A DNA stretch of 64,000 bases from the NCBI GenBank assembly GCA_038078555.1, contig JBBTYQ010000001.1:156158-220157 (forward strand), read 5' to 3'. Source of the DNA: Patescibacteria group bacterium. GTDB lineage: Bacteria; Patescibacteriota; Minisyncoccia; UBA6257; UBA9933. Numbering within the stretch: position 1 is the first letter of the stretch; each line of letters opens with the position of its first letter. Of this stretch, positions 27,445-37,117 are shown one piece after another. Below the pieces are notes generated by a model. That model was not told the DNA's origin and searched no databases. It saw only the letters and a program-made list of their open reading frames with translations. Both the position numbers and the translations under genes were made by a program.

Positions 27445-29176
27445 TGCTTATCATGGTGATTCTTCTGCTTGTCTGATTAAAAACGGCGAATTAATGGCGG
27501 CCTTGGAGGAAGAAAGAATTAGAAGAGTTAAACATTGGGCCGGGCTTCCGACAGAGGCGATTAAATTTTGTCTTGAGCATGCCGGTATCAGTATAAAAGA
27601 CGTTGATTATATCGCTATCAACCGCGACCCCTTTGCCCGGTTTCATAAAAAAATTTTAAGAGTTATTCGTAAAGGGATTAGTATTTCTTTTATTAAAGAA
27701 AGGTTGGCAAATCTCAAAAAAGTAAAAGGCGCAAAAAAAAGTATCGCTGATTTTTTTGGCGTAAGCGTAAAAGAAATAAAAGCAAAAATTATAAATGTTG
27801 AGCATCATCGGGCGCATTTGGCGAGTTCGTTTTTTGTTTCGCCGCTTGATGAAGCTGCGGTTGTTTCAATCGATGGAATGGGCGATTTTGTTTCCATAAT
27901 GACCGGCATCGCGAAAGGCAATAAAATAAAAATTCTTGATCGTGTTGAATTTCCGCATTCTCTTGGTATTTTTTATACCGCTTTGACTCAATTTTTGGGT
28001 TTTTGGAATTACGGAGACGAATATAAAGTGATGGGTCTTTCGGCGTTTGGGCAACCTATTTATTTGGATAAGATGCGTCAAATCGTTAAATTAAAAAAAA
28101 ATGGATTTTTTGAGCTGGATACTTCTTATTTCCGGCACGACAGCGAAGGCGTGGAAATGACTTGGCTTAACGAAAAGCCGATAGTCGGCCGTTTATTTTC
28201 GGATAAATTAATAGAATTATTAGGAGAACCGCGCAAAGAAAACGAAGAATTAAGTCAAAGGTTTAAAGATATCGCCGTCAGTCTTCAGGTAATGTACGAA
28301 GAAGCCTTTTTTAATATTTTAAATCATTTGCATCAAAAAACAGGTTTAAAAAATATTGCCTTAGCAGGTGGCTGTTTGCAAAACAGTTTGGCGAACGGAA
28401 AGATTTACGCTAATACGCCTTTTGATAATGTTTATATTCCGCCAGCCGCTCATGACGCCGGCGGTGCTATTGGCGCGGCTTTTTATGTCTGGAATCAGTC
28501 ATTGGATAACAAAAGAGATTTTATAATGAGCTCATCTTTTTGGGGGCCGGAATATAGCGATGAATATATCAAAAACGAAATATTAAGCATCAAAAATGAA
28601 AATTTTAAAGTAAAGCGTTTGGAGGAAAACGATTTAATAAAAGAAACCGCTAGGTTTTTAGCCGATGGAAAAATCGTCGGATGGTTCGAGGGCCGGACCG
28701 AATGGGGGCCGCGAGCATTAGGTAACCGCAGTATTTTGGCTAGTCCGTGCTTGTTGGAAATGAAGGAAACTTTAAATATTAAAATAAAAAAACGCGAGCC
28801 GTTCAGGCCCTTTGCTCCGGCGGTTTTAGAAAGCGCGGTTGGCGATTATTTTCTGTCGCCCGACGGCAAAAAATTAGCTCCAGTTCCGTTTATGGAAAAA
28901 GTTTATACTATTAAGCCGGAAAAAAGGCGGGAAATTCCGGCAGTTGTCCACATTGACGGCACCGGCCGGCTGCAAACAGTTAGCGAAGAAAACAACCCGT
29001 TATATTTCAAATTGATTAAAAAATTCGGAGAATTTACCGGAACCCCAGTTTTAATTAACACTTCCTTTAATGAAAACGAGCCGATTGTTAATAAGCCCCG
29101 GGAGGCAATTGATTGTTTTTTAAGAACGAAAATGGATGTAATCATCCTCGGAAATTATTTGATTACAAGGACATAA
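27407..29176 (+). CDS. carbamoyltransferase (NodU/CmcH family)
   Basis: [36 protein letters not shown] and GWFQG-like [18 protein letters not shown]. ATG at 27407 is preferred to the TTG track start at 27392. Confidence 0.85.
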   Translation: [589 protein letters not shown]

Positions 29177-29214
29177 AAACAGCAAAAAATTTTTTCCGTT
29201 TTTTTAATACTTTT

Positions 29215-29967
29215 ATGAAAATTTCTATCATCACGGTTTCTTATAATAGCGCAGCAACAATTGAGGATACGATTGAAAGCGTTTTGTCGCAAAGCTATAA
29301 AGATATTGAATATATTATTATTGACGGCGGTTCAACAGATGGAACGCTGGAAATAATCAATAAATATAAAGGCAAAATCGCTAAATTTATTTCTGAACCA
29401 GATAAGGGTCTTTATGATGCCATGAATAAAGGCATTAAATTAACCACCGGCGCGATTATCGGCACTTTAAATTCCGACGATGTTTATGCCGATGAAAAAG
29501 TGATTGAGCTGGTTGTTGAAAATATGAAGATTAAAGAAGCAGATGTTTTATGGGGAAATTTGATTTATGTGGATAAATTTAACCTGAATAAAATTATTCG
29601 ATATTGGAAATCTTCGAATTATCAAGAAGCAAAGTTTAAAATTGGTTGGCATCCGCCTCATCCGACTTTTTTTGTCAAAAAAAGTATTTACGAAAAATAC
29701 GGCGTTTTTAATCTGGATTTCAAAATTGCGGCTGATTATGAATTAATGTTAAGATTTTTGGAAAAATACAAAATTAAATCTTGCTATTTTGATAAAGTTT
29801 TGGTAAAAATGAGGGAGGGCGGAATAAGCAATAAAAGTATTTATAATATTATTAAGGCGAATATTGAAGTAGCTAATGCATGGAAAATAAATAATTTAAA
29901 AGGCGGAATCTTGGCGTCATTTTTAAAACCAGTTCTTAAAATCAGTCAGTTTTTTAAATCTAAATAA
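29215..29967 (+). CDS. glycosyltransferase family 2
   Basis: ISIITVSYNSAATIEDTIESVLSQSYKDIEYIIIDGGSTDGT. ATG at 29215 is preferred to the track start at 29113, which overlaps the upstream gene. Confidence 0.85.
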   Translation: MKISIITVSYNSAATIEDTIESVLSQSYKDIEYIIIDGGSTDGTLEIINKYKGKIAKFISEPDKGLYDAMNKGIKLTTGAIIGTLNSDDVYADEKVIELVVENMKIKEADVLWGNLIYVDKFNLNKIIRYWKSSNYQEAKFKIGWHPPHPTFFVKKSIYEKYGVFNLDFKIAADYELMLRFLEKYKIKSCYFDKVLVKMREGGISNKSIYNIIKANIEVANAWKINNLKGGILASFLKPVLKISQFFKSK

Positions 29968-29972
29968 CTTAA

Positions 29973-30422
29973 ATGACTCAGTGGATAGATGAAAATTTTT
30001 ATAAAGAAATTTTAAACGCAGTTCCGATTGTCTGCGTTGATTTAATTTTAATCAGAGAAAATAAATTTCTTCTTGGCCAACGGCTTAATGAACCGGCAAA
30101 GAGCCAATGGTTTTTTGCCGGCGGAAGAGTTTTTAAAAATGAACCTCTTAAAGATGCCGCTCTTAGAAAAGCTAAAGAAGAATTAGGGGTTGAAATAACC
30201 TATTCAGACCTTAAATTATTAGGCGTTGGCGAGACAATTTTTCAAGAATCTAATAGACACACCGTCAATACTGTTTTTACTGTTAATTTTAACAATACTT
30301 TAGCTATTAATTTTGATAAAACACAACATTCAAAAATTGAGTGGTTTTCCAGTATTGATGAAAATTGGCATCCTTATGTCAAAGAAATGCTGGAATTGGC
30401 GGGTTTCGGTAAAATTAATTAA
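29973..30422 (+). CDS. Nudix hydrolase (GDP-mannose mannosyl hydrolase/WcaH-like)
   Basis: Intact Nudix box GGRVFKNEPLKDAALRKAKEELGV. The glycan-locus context fits. Confidence 0.7.
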   Translation: MTQWIDENFYKEILNAVPIVCVDLILIRENKFLLGQRLNEPAKSQWFFAGGRVFKNEPLKDAALRKAKEELGVEITYSDLKLLGVGETIFQESNRHTVNTVFTVNFNNTLAINFDKTQHSKIEWFSSIDENWHPYVKEMLELAGFGKIN

Positions 30423-30464
30423 AATTTTACCTCATTGACAGAAAATAATTTTATTTCTTCAGTT

Positions 30465-31922
30465 TTATTTTATTTTTAAAATAGTTAGAATTTCCTCTAA
30501 AATTTTTTCTTTAAGCAAATAAAGCGTTCCGAAATAAATTCCGGCCGAAATAATTATATTAATAATTACATTTATATTAGATTCATTTAAAATAAATGCT
30601 ATTACTCCCATAATAATAGCGGCAATAATAGCTTTTGATAACTGGCGAAAGCTAAAAAAATCATTTATTTTTTTGGCTATTCTCCATGTGAGGCTGGTAT
30701 TTAAAAATTGGGCAATAACCGTGGCGATAGAACAGCCGACAATTCCGTAAGGCGGTATAAGCAAAACATTTAAAATAATATTGCTTATTGCTCCCAACCC
30801 GACAGGAAATTTCAATTCCTTTTGTCGGTTGTGCGCCAAGATGAAATTACCCAAAAGTATCTGAGGAAAAATAAAAAAGGGAGTAAAGAGAAGTATTTGG
30901 AAGGATAATGTTGCCGGCAAATATTCCTTTCCGTATAGCAATCCTATAATCGGTTTGGCTAAAATTACACCGCCTAAAAATACGGGCATAGCTATTGAAA
31001 ATATTATAACCATGCCTTTTTTCATAAGATTTTTAACTCTTTCGTTTTCTTGATTATTTACAAACCGCGACATAGAAGGAAAAATGCTGGTTGCCAAGAT
31101 TGCCGGTAAAGTATAAAGCAGCTGAATTATTTTCTGGCCGGCTGAATAGTATCCGATTTCTTTAGGAGTTTTCCACCAGCCGAGCATTATCATATCAGTA
31201 TTAAGCATAAAAGCGCCGAAAAAACTTAAAAGTGCTATCGGATAAGCAGAATAAAGAATCGGTTTAATCAGGCTTTTGTCAAAACAATTTAAAATTTTTT
31301 TAAAATGTTCTCTTAAGATTATAAAACCAACAAAAAATCCGATCATTGTGCTGAAGGCGTAGGCCAGTGTCAGAGATTTTGAAGTTGGCGCAAAATAAAG
31401 GGCGATTAATCCGAACGTCGTAATGGCAATGTTGGTTAATATTGAAATCAGCGCCTCAAACTCCATTTTTTCAAATGCACGAAATGAAGCTAAAGAAAAT
31501 TCTCGCAAGCCGTCAAAAATGACGATTAAAGCGATAAAAACCATTAAATTTTTTGCCGCCTCTAATTTGGAAAAATAAGGAGCCGCAAAAATAATTAAAA
31601 GAACCGTTATTGCGAGGATGAAAATCTTTATCCAGAAAGCAGTGGAAAAATATCGGTCTTTTTGACCCTGCTTTTGCACCATCTCTCTTGTCAGTATCTG
31701 GCTTATGCCAATATCAGAGAAAATCGTAAAAAATCCTGCTAGTCCCAAAGCGTAAGAAAAAATTCCGTAATCAGCCGCTCCTAAAGCGCGGGCAGCGTAA
31801 ATTATAATAATTGCTCTGATTAGTCGACTGCCTATTTGAGAAAAACTAAGCCAAAAAACATTTTTAGCGACAGTTTGGCGGATATTTCTATTTTGGAAAA
31901 GGAGCGATTTTAATTTATTCAT
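30465..31922 (-). CDS. polysaccharide flippase (Wzx / MOP superfamily), second copy
   Basis: 485 aa and collinear with 23955..25412. Compare NIRQTVAKNVFWLSFSQIGSRLIRAIIIIYAARALG with TVRQAVAKNAFWLSIGRFGSQFIKAAITIYAARILG. Confidence 0.8.
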   Translation of the reverse strand: MNKLKSLLFQNRNIRQTVAKNVFWLSFSQIGSRLIRAIIIIYAARALGAADYGIFSYALGLAGFFTIFSDIGISQILTREMVQKQGQKDRYFSTAFWIKIFILAITVLLIIFAAPYFSKLEAAKNLMVFIALIVIFDGLREFSLASFRAFEKMEFEALISILTNIAITTFGLIALYFAPTSKSLTLAYAFSTMIGFFVGFIILREHFKKILNCFDKSLIKPILYSAYPIALLSFFGAFMLNTDMIMLGWWKTPKEIGYYSAGQKIIQLLYTLPAILATSIFPSMSRFVNNQENERVKNLMKKGMVIIFSIAMPVFLGGVILAKPIIGLLYGKEYLPATLSFQILLFTPFFIFPQILLGNFILAHNRQKELKFPVGLGAISNIILNVLLIPPYGIVGCSIATVIAQFLNTSLTWRIAKKINDFFSFRQLSKAIIAAIIMGVIAFILNESNINVIINIIISAGIYFGTLYLLKEKILEEILTILKIK

Positions 31923-33247
31923 CAGCTATGCGAGATGAAAATATATTTAATAGTTTTTAAAATTATCAGAAAATCCAAAAAAAGCGAGCGATTTTTTATG
32001 TAAAATATATCGTATCGGAGTTTTTCATGAGCTTCTTCAACTGAAGCGCTGGGTTTGTAATTTAACTGCGCCCAGCCGGTCAGTCCCGGTTTGATAATAT
32101 GGCGCATCTCGTAAAAAGGCAGTTTTTTGTATATTTGAACAAGCTCCGAGCGTTCTGGCCGCGGTCCGATAAAAGAAATATTGCCTCTTAGGATATTGTA
32201 AAGCTGAGGCAATTCGTCCAAGTGGCTGTAGCGCAAAATTTTTCCCAAAGGCGTAAGCCGGTCGTCATTTTTAATAGTCCAAAGAGGCCCGTTCTGATTT
32301 GTTCTCATCGTTCTGAATTTGTAAAGAATAAACGCTTTTTCGTTTTTTCCGGTTCTAACTTGCTTGTAAATTATTGGTCCTTTTGAGGAAGCTTTAATTA
32401 ATCCCGAGATAACAATTATCAAAGGCAGAAAAATTATGCCCGAAATCAGCGAAAATAAAACATCAAAGATTCTTTTAAAAATATCGTAAAATTTTCGATA
32501 AGCAGTGATTTCTTCTATAAACCAGCTTTCCTCAAGATCTTCCAAAGGAAGTTTTTGGAAAATCATTTCGTAAAAATCCGAAAAGTAAAGAATTTTCATT
32601 TTTAGCGGTAAAAGTTTGTAGATTAATTTATTGGCAGAAGGATTATTTTTTAACTTATTTTCAATAACAACTATTTCAATGTTAGTTTCATTGATTTTTT
32701 CGATTAAATCGGAAAGATTTTCTTCAGTCGGTTCTTTTATCCATGAGTTTGCTCCGTATCCTGCTTGAGGATTATTTTTTAGATATTCAATAAGATGTAT
32801 TGTATTTGGCGAGCTTCCGGTTAGAAGCACTTGTTTTTTCCAGCCGCTGGAAATAAATATTTTTATGAGTATTATCCGCCAGGAATAATCAATTAATCCG
32901 AAAACAATTCCGAAAATCAGCAAGTTTGTTTTTGGCGTAAGCTGGAAAAACGGTTCAAAAGCGTAAAAAAGAATTATTGATATTACAATGCTTACGATTA
33001 TGGAAATTATAAAAACTCTGATTGCTTCTAGGTTGTGCCTAAAAAACTTGTTTTTATAAAGGTCAGATAGATAAAAAATAAGCACCCAAACGATAAAAAT
33101 AACCGAAAACGGCTTTAAATGGTCTTGCAGAGGATATTGAAATGTGTCCGAACCGTAGCGGATTAGCATGGTTAGCGCGAGCGAGCCGTATAAAATGATA
33201 ATATCTCCGATGATTATGAGGGCTGTTTTCAGTTTTGAGGCAAACAT
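31922..33247 (-). CDS. initiating polyprenyl-phosphate sugar phosphotransferase (WbaP/bacterial sugar transferase family)
   Basis: N-terminal TM helices. C-terminal KRIFDVLFSLISG...GPIIYKQVRTGKNEKAFILYKFRTMR...DELPQLYNILRGNISFIGPRPER. Confidence 0.85.
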   Translation of the reverse strand: MFASKLKTALIIIGDIIILYGSLALTMLIRYGSDTFQYPLQDHLKPFSVIFIVWVLIFYLSDLYKNKFFRHNLEAIRVFIISIIVSIVISIILFYAFEPFFQLTPKTNLLIFGIVFGLIDYSWRIILIKIFISSGWKKQVLLTGSSPNTIHLIEYLKNNPQAGYGANSWIKEPTEENLSDLIEKINETNIEIVVIENKLKNNPSANKLIYKLLPLKMKILYFSDFYEMIFQKLPLEDLEESWFIEEITAYRKFYDIFKRIFDVLFSLISGIIFLPLIIVISGLIKASSKGPIIYKQVRTGKNEKAFILYKFRTMRTNQNGPLWTIKNDDRLTPLGKILRYSHLDELPQLYNILRGNISFIGPRPERSELVQIYKKLPFYEMRHIIKPGLTGWAQLNYKPSASVEEAHEKLRYDIFYIKNRSLFLDFLIILKTIKYIFISHS

Positions 33248-33290
33248 TTAATTTAATATCTTAGCATATTTAAAGTCATAATTTCAAACC

Positions 33291-33318
33291 TTGACAAAGT
33301 CTATATGCGCGGTATAAT
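33291..33318 (+). promoter_or_regulatory. near-consensus promoter upstream of the small zinc-ribbon gene
   Basis: TTGACA (33291-33296), 16-bp spacer, then TATAAT (33313-33318). This implies a 5' UTR of about 125 nt. Confidence 0.65.
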
Positions 33319-33451
33319 GCAATAAGATTAGTAGAAGACAAAGTGAATTAGGTTTTTAGCCAAAACCATTTTGCCTTAGACTAAGACTAATAAAAAGGGA
33401 CGAAATTAAGTAATTGGATTGCAAATCAGCAGTCCATAAATATAAGGCAAA

Positions 33452-33661
33452 ATGGCTTATTCCGATAATCAGGGTTTTGAAAGGAAGATGTATTCCGGCA
33501 ACTGGCAGTGTTCAAAGTGCCAAGCCGCGATCAACGAACTTCCTTTTGAGCCTGATCCTCAAAGATTAGACCAACTTCTTTGCCGAGATTGTCATCGTCA
33601 AAGACGACAGTCATTCGGTGGCGGCGGCGGAGGAGGTGGTAAGAGATTTTTCAGGAAATAA
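33452..33661 (+). CDS. small zinc-ribbon protein (CxxC...CxxC) with Gly-run and basic tail
   Basis: WQCSKCQAAINELPFEPD...LLCRDCHRQRRQSFGGGGGGGGKRFFRK. A strong terminator follows at 33666-33707. Confidence 0.7.
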   Translation: MAYSDNQGFERKMYSGNWQCSKCQAAINELPFEPDPQRLDQLLCRDCHRQRRQSFGGGGGGGGKRFFRK

Positions 33662-33789
33662 TAACAAACCGCCCTTCACATTGTGTGGGGCGGTTTTGTT
33701 TTTTTATGATTATGATATAATTTAAGAAAGGTCGTAATTATTCCTTCAATATTTGCAAAGATTTTTTGCAGCCATTGAATTGATAACTT

Positions 33790-33996
33790 ATGAATATGAA
33801 TATGAGTTCGTTGCTTAATTGGGTTAATTTAGTATTGGGAGTTTGGATTTTAATTTCGCCGTGGGTTCTGGGATTCTCCGGTTTTGCTCCTGCCTTGTGG
33901 AGCAATATTATCGTCGGCGTTCTTATAGCGATTTTTGCATTATGGGCGCTGTTCGGTAGCAAGTCAGTTTCCTCGATGATGCCGCCGCAACAATAA
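33790..33996 (+). CDS. SPW-repeat-like small membrane protein
   Basis: Two TM helices with ILISPWVLGF...ALWSNIIVG. It is preferred over the overlapping 109-aa minus-strand ORF. Confidence 0.55.
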   Translation: MNMNMSSLLNWVNLVLGVWILISPWVLGFSGFAPALWSNIIVGVLIAIFALWALFGSKSVSSMMPPQQ

Positions 33997-34069
33997 TTTT
34001 TTAAGTCATGTATTGGTTGTGTCAGCTCGAATCTAGGCAGGCACAACCAATGCGCGATTTTATTCAAAA

Positions 34070-34297
34070 ATGGTTAAAATTTATTCAACATCAACCTGTC
34101 CCTATTGTGTGATGGCTAAAGATTATTTCAAAAAAATCGGGGAGTCTTTCGAGGAATATAACGTTTCCGAAGACGAAAACGCTCGCGAAGAAATGATTAA
34201 TAAGTCCCATCAAATGGGTGTGCCGGTAATTGATATCGACGGTACGATTATTGTCGGATTTAATCGGTCGGAGATAGATAAGGCGCTAAAAAAATAA
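34070..34297 (+). CDS. glutaredoxin/NrdH-like thiol-disulfide protein
   Basis: YSTSTCPYCVMAKDYF is a CPYC active site in a 75-aa thioredoxin-fold-sized protein. Confidence 0.8.
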   Translation: MVKIYSTSTCPYCVMAKDYFKKIGESFEEYNVSEDENAREEMINKSHQMGVPVIDIDGTIIVGFNRSEIDKALKK

Positions 34298-34364
34298 TTG
34301 TAATTGACTGACAACTTACGACTAGTAGCAAAAGTTATAATTTTAAACCAATTATTAGTTGTTG

Positions 34365-34404
34365 GCTTCGACGATTCTGTCGAAGCTCCGACTTTGCGTC
34401 GGAG
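34365..34404 (+). repeat. GC-rich twin-hairpin element in the trxB leader
   Basis: GCTTCGAC-gattct-GTCGAAGC directly followed by TCCGAC-tttgc-GTCGGA. It has the same architecture as 53621..53663. Confidence 0.7.
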
Positions 34405-34426
34405 TTGTAGGTTGTGAGTTAAATCT

Positions 34427-35347
34427 ATGTACGATTTAATAATTATCGGAGGCGGTCCGGCTGGAGTGGCTGCTGGAATTTACGCCGCCAGAAAAAAACT
34501 TAAAACCCTGCTTATTGCCGAAAGTATCGGCGGCCAGCCAGTTATTGCTTCAGAAATAAATAATTTTATAGGCTTTAAATCGCTTAGCGGTGTTCAATTA
34601 AAACAGGCTCTTGAAGAGCACCTGAAGTCTTACCCCAATATTGAAATAGAAGAAGGGCAAAAAGTTTTAAAAATAGAAAAAACCAGCGACTTTTTCGCAA
34701 TCTCGACTAATAAAGGCAACTCTTACGAAGCTAAAACCATTTTAATTTCTGTCGGTTCAAGTCCTCGCCGACTTAATATTTTGGGCGAAGACAAATTTGA
34801 AGGCAAAGGCGTTTTTTATTGTTCAATTTGCGATGCGCCGCTTATGAAAAATAAGGTTGTGGCGGTTATTGGCGGAGGCAATTCCGGTTTTTATTCTATT
34901 TTGGATTTGCTTCCCTACGCCTCAAAAATTTATGTTTTGGAATATGGAGATGTTTTAAGAGCCGACCCTATTTATATTGAAAAAGCCAAAAATTCCGGAA
35001 AGGTGGAAATAATAAAAATGGCTGAAATGAAAGAAGTTGTGGGCAATAATTTTGTTTCCGGTATTAAATATCAAGATCGGACAGGCGGAGAGCTTAAAGA
35101 AATTGAACTTCAAGGCGTTTTTGTCGCGATTGGCTATCAATCTAACAGCGCCTTAGCTCAAGGATTGGTGGAGATAAATGAAAAAGGGAAAATAACGGTT
35201 AATCATCAAACGCAGGCAACTTCAATTGAAGGCGTTTGGGCAGCCGGCGACGTCACCGATGTTTTATATAATCAAATAAATATTGCCATAGGCGATGCGG
35301 TCAAAGCGGTTCTAAATATCTACGATTACTTGCAGAAAAAGCAATAG
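34427..35347 (+). CDS. trxB: thioredoxin-disulfide reductase
   Basis: IIGGGPAG FAD motif, redox-active CSICDA, a second GGGNSG dinucleotide motif, and C-terminal GVWAAGDV. Confidence 0.9.
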   Translation: MYDLIIIGGGPAGVAAGIYAARKKLKTLLIAESIGGQPVIASEINNFIGFKSLSGVQLKQALEEHLKSYPNIEIEEGQKVLKIEKTSDFFAISTNKGNSYEAKTILISVGSSPRRLNILGEDKFEGKGVFYCSICDAPLMKNKVVAVIGGGNSGFYSILDLLPYASKIYVLEYGDVLRADPIYIEKAKNSGKVEIIKMAEMKEVVGNNFVSGIKYQDRTGGELKEIELQGVFVAIGYQSNSALAQGLVEINEKGKITVNHQTQATSIEGVWAAGDVTDVLYNQINIAIGDAVKAVLNIYDYLQKKQ

Positions 35348-35351
35348 TAAT

Positions 35352-36563
35352 ATGGAGGAAAAAAATCAAAACAGCGAAAAACCCCCTCAATCTTATTGGA
35401 AATTTTTCGGAATGTTTTTAGGAATTATTTTTTTGATTGTCGGAGGAGTTTATTTGGGATTTTTTAAAATTGATATTGATAAAAATTTATTCGGCAAAGT
35501 TTTCAGCGATGATTTTGAACTTATCAGCCAGATTAATTTAAATTCTCAGAAGAAATCAGAAGAAAAATCATTTTCTTCGGACAATAATACTCAACCCCAA
35601 ACTATTAAAAGCAAAAAAGCATCAACACAAGCAAAGAAAACTCAAAAAATCGATAAATCTCCGCAAAATAAATCCATTGTCGAATTAAAAACAAGCTCTC
35701 AAAATTTTTCCGGAATTGCGCCTCATACTTCTTCGTCAATTTCGGTTTTAACGCCGACTAATCCTTTAATAATCAATAATCAGGCGGGAGCTGCTTTACC
35801 CGCAGCATCAACAACTTTGCTTGTCTCAGCTCCGCTGAATTATTTATTAAAAGTGTCAAAATCAGGCGATGGGCAAGGTCTGATTACCGCTAACTCCGGT
35901 AATATTAATTGCGGAAGCGTTTGTGAGGATGAATATACCGGCGGAAGCTCGATTATTATTTTTGCCAAGCCGGATAGTAATTCTTCTTTTGGCGGTTGGT
36001 CCGGAGCTTGCAGTGGCTTAGGAAATTGCGAAGCATTGATTAACAGCGATATTTTAGCAACTGGCGCATTTTATTTATTGCCATCTGTCGCATCTCCTTC
36101 TTCTCAATCTCAGCCAGTTATAAACCATATTTTAATAAGTGAAATTATGGCTGGTAGTGACGCAAATTCTAATGACGAATTTATAGAACTTTATAATCCA
36201 ACGTCGAATCCGATTGATTTAACCGGCTGGTCTATCAAGAAAAAAAGCTCAAGCGGAAGCGAATCAACGCTTGTATCTTCCAGTCGGCTTGAAGGAAAAG
36301 TAATTTTTCCCAATAAATATCTTTTACTCGCTAATGAAGGCGGTTATAGCGGTTCGGTTTTCGCGGATATTTTTTGGCCAAAGTCATATAGTTTGGCTTA
36401 TGCCAATAATGCAATAGTTATTTATAATAGCCTCGGAGAAACAATTGAAGAAGCTAGCTGGACGGAAATTCCGAAAAATCAGAGCTATGAGCGCGTTTCT
36501 TGGGGCAATAGCCAATTTCAAGCTCAAGTCAATCCCAGTCCGCAGAACTCCAACAGCGATTAA
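35352..36563 (+). CDS. secreted/anchored protein with C-terminal lamin-tail domain
   Basis: N-terminal TM helix. The C-terminal ISEIMAGSDANSNDEFIELYNPTSNPIDLTGWSIKKKS is an LTD signature. Confidence 0.7.
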   Translation: MEEKNQNSEKPPQSYWKFFGMFLGIIFLIVGGVYLGFFKIDIDKNLFGKVFSDDFELISQINLNSQKKSEEKSFSSDNNTQPQTIKSKKASTQAKKTQKIDKSPQNKSIVELKTSSQNFSGIAPHTSSSISVLTPTNPLIINNQAGAALPAASTTLLVSAPLNYLLKVSKSGDGQGLITANSGNINCGSVCEDEYTGGSSIIIFAKPDSNSSFGGWSGACSGLGNCEALINSDILATGAFYLLPSVASPSSQSQPVINHILISEIMAGSDANSNDEFIELYNPTSNPIDLTGWSIKKKSSSGSESTLVSSSRLEGKVIFPNKYLLLANEGGYSGSVFADIFWPKSYSLAYANNAIVIYNSLGETIEEASWTEIPKNQSYERVSWGNSQFQAQVNPSPQNSNSD

Positions 36564-36573
36564 TTTAATATTA

Positions 36574-36602
36574 TTGAAGTATTGGGTGGACTATTATATA
36601 AT
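36574..36602 (+). promoter_or_regulatory. predicted promoter
   Basis: TTGAAG, 17-bp spacer, then TATAAT. Confidence 0.55.
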
Positions 36603-36657
36603 AACAGCAGTTGATTTCAAAAAATAATAAGTCTGAAAACTAAAAAGGAGGCGCGCA

Positions 36658-37041
36658 ATGGTAAAAGGAATCTTCAACAGCCTTGATTTTTGGCTTATGA
36701 ACGACCTGATATTTTTCGAAAGCTTGATAATTATTTTAATAAGTATCAAAATAGTTGAATATCTATCAATAAGAAAAGATTTGATATTGATAAATTGCGA
36801 CCAGATGCCGCTTGCGCTAACTCTTCAGTTTTATTTTTTATTAATGCTTTTACTGATATTAGGAATTTTTGATATGTCTGAAGCGATTGTTATTGTTTCG
36901 GCGGTTATTATGATTTTATTTTTAATTTTGGAGCACCAACTTGAAGCTTGGAAAAGATTTATTGAATTTCGTGTAGCGATTGGCTATTTTGATGGTCATC
37001 CGGAAAATCAGGTGTTAATACTGGATGTAAAAAGAAAATAA
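36658..37041 (+). CDS. hypothetical membrane protein (3-4 TM)
   Basis: Strong SD (AAAAGGAGG), hydrophobic segments, and a terminator at about 37064-37090. Confidence 0.55.
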   Translation: MVKGIFNSLDFWLMNDLIFFESLIIILISIKIVEYLSIRKDLILINCDQMPLALTLQFYFLLMLLLILGIFDMSEAIVIVSAVIMILFLILEHQLEAWKRFIEFRVAIGYFDGHPENQVLILDVKRK

Positions 37042-37117
37042 TTTATGAGTTTTTATTGAGGCAGGACCAATATCCTGCCTTTTTATTTTATGCTGGAAAA
37101 TGATATAATTTTATCAA

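Noticed and set aside
23955-31922. The inverted flippase paralogues as arms of an invertible DNA segment.
   Set aside because: DNA identity, judged by eye over the first ~300 nt, is only moderate, with no long identical tracts. No recombinase gene is nearby.
33610-33640. GGN-rich run (GGTGGCGGCGGCGGAGGAGGTGGT) as a slippage-prone repeat.
   Set aside because: It is mixed-codon poly-Gly coding sequence, not a perfect short tandem repeat, and it stays in frame.
33738-34067. A 109-aa minus-strand ORF overlapping the SPW-like gene.
   Set aside because: The plus-strand 68-aa ORF gives two clean TM helices with the SPW motif. The minus-strand product has no recognisable features. Confidence in either is only moderate.
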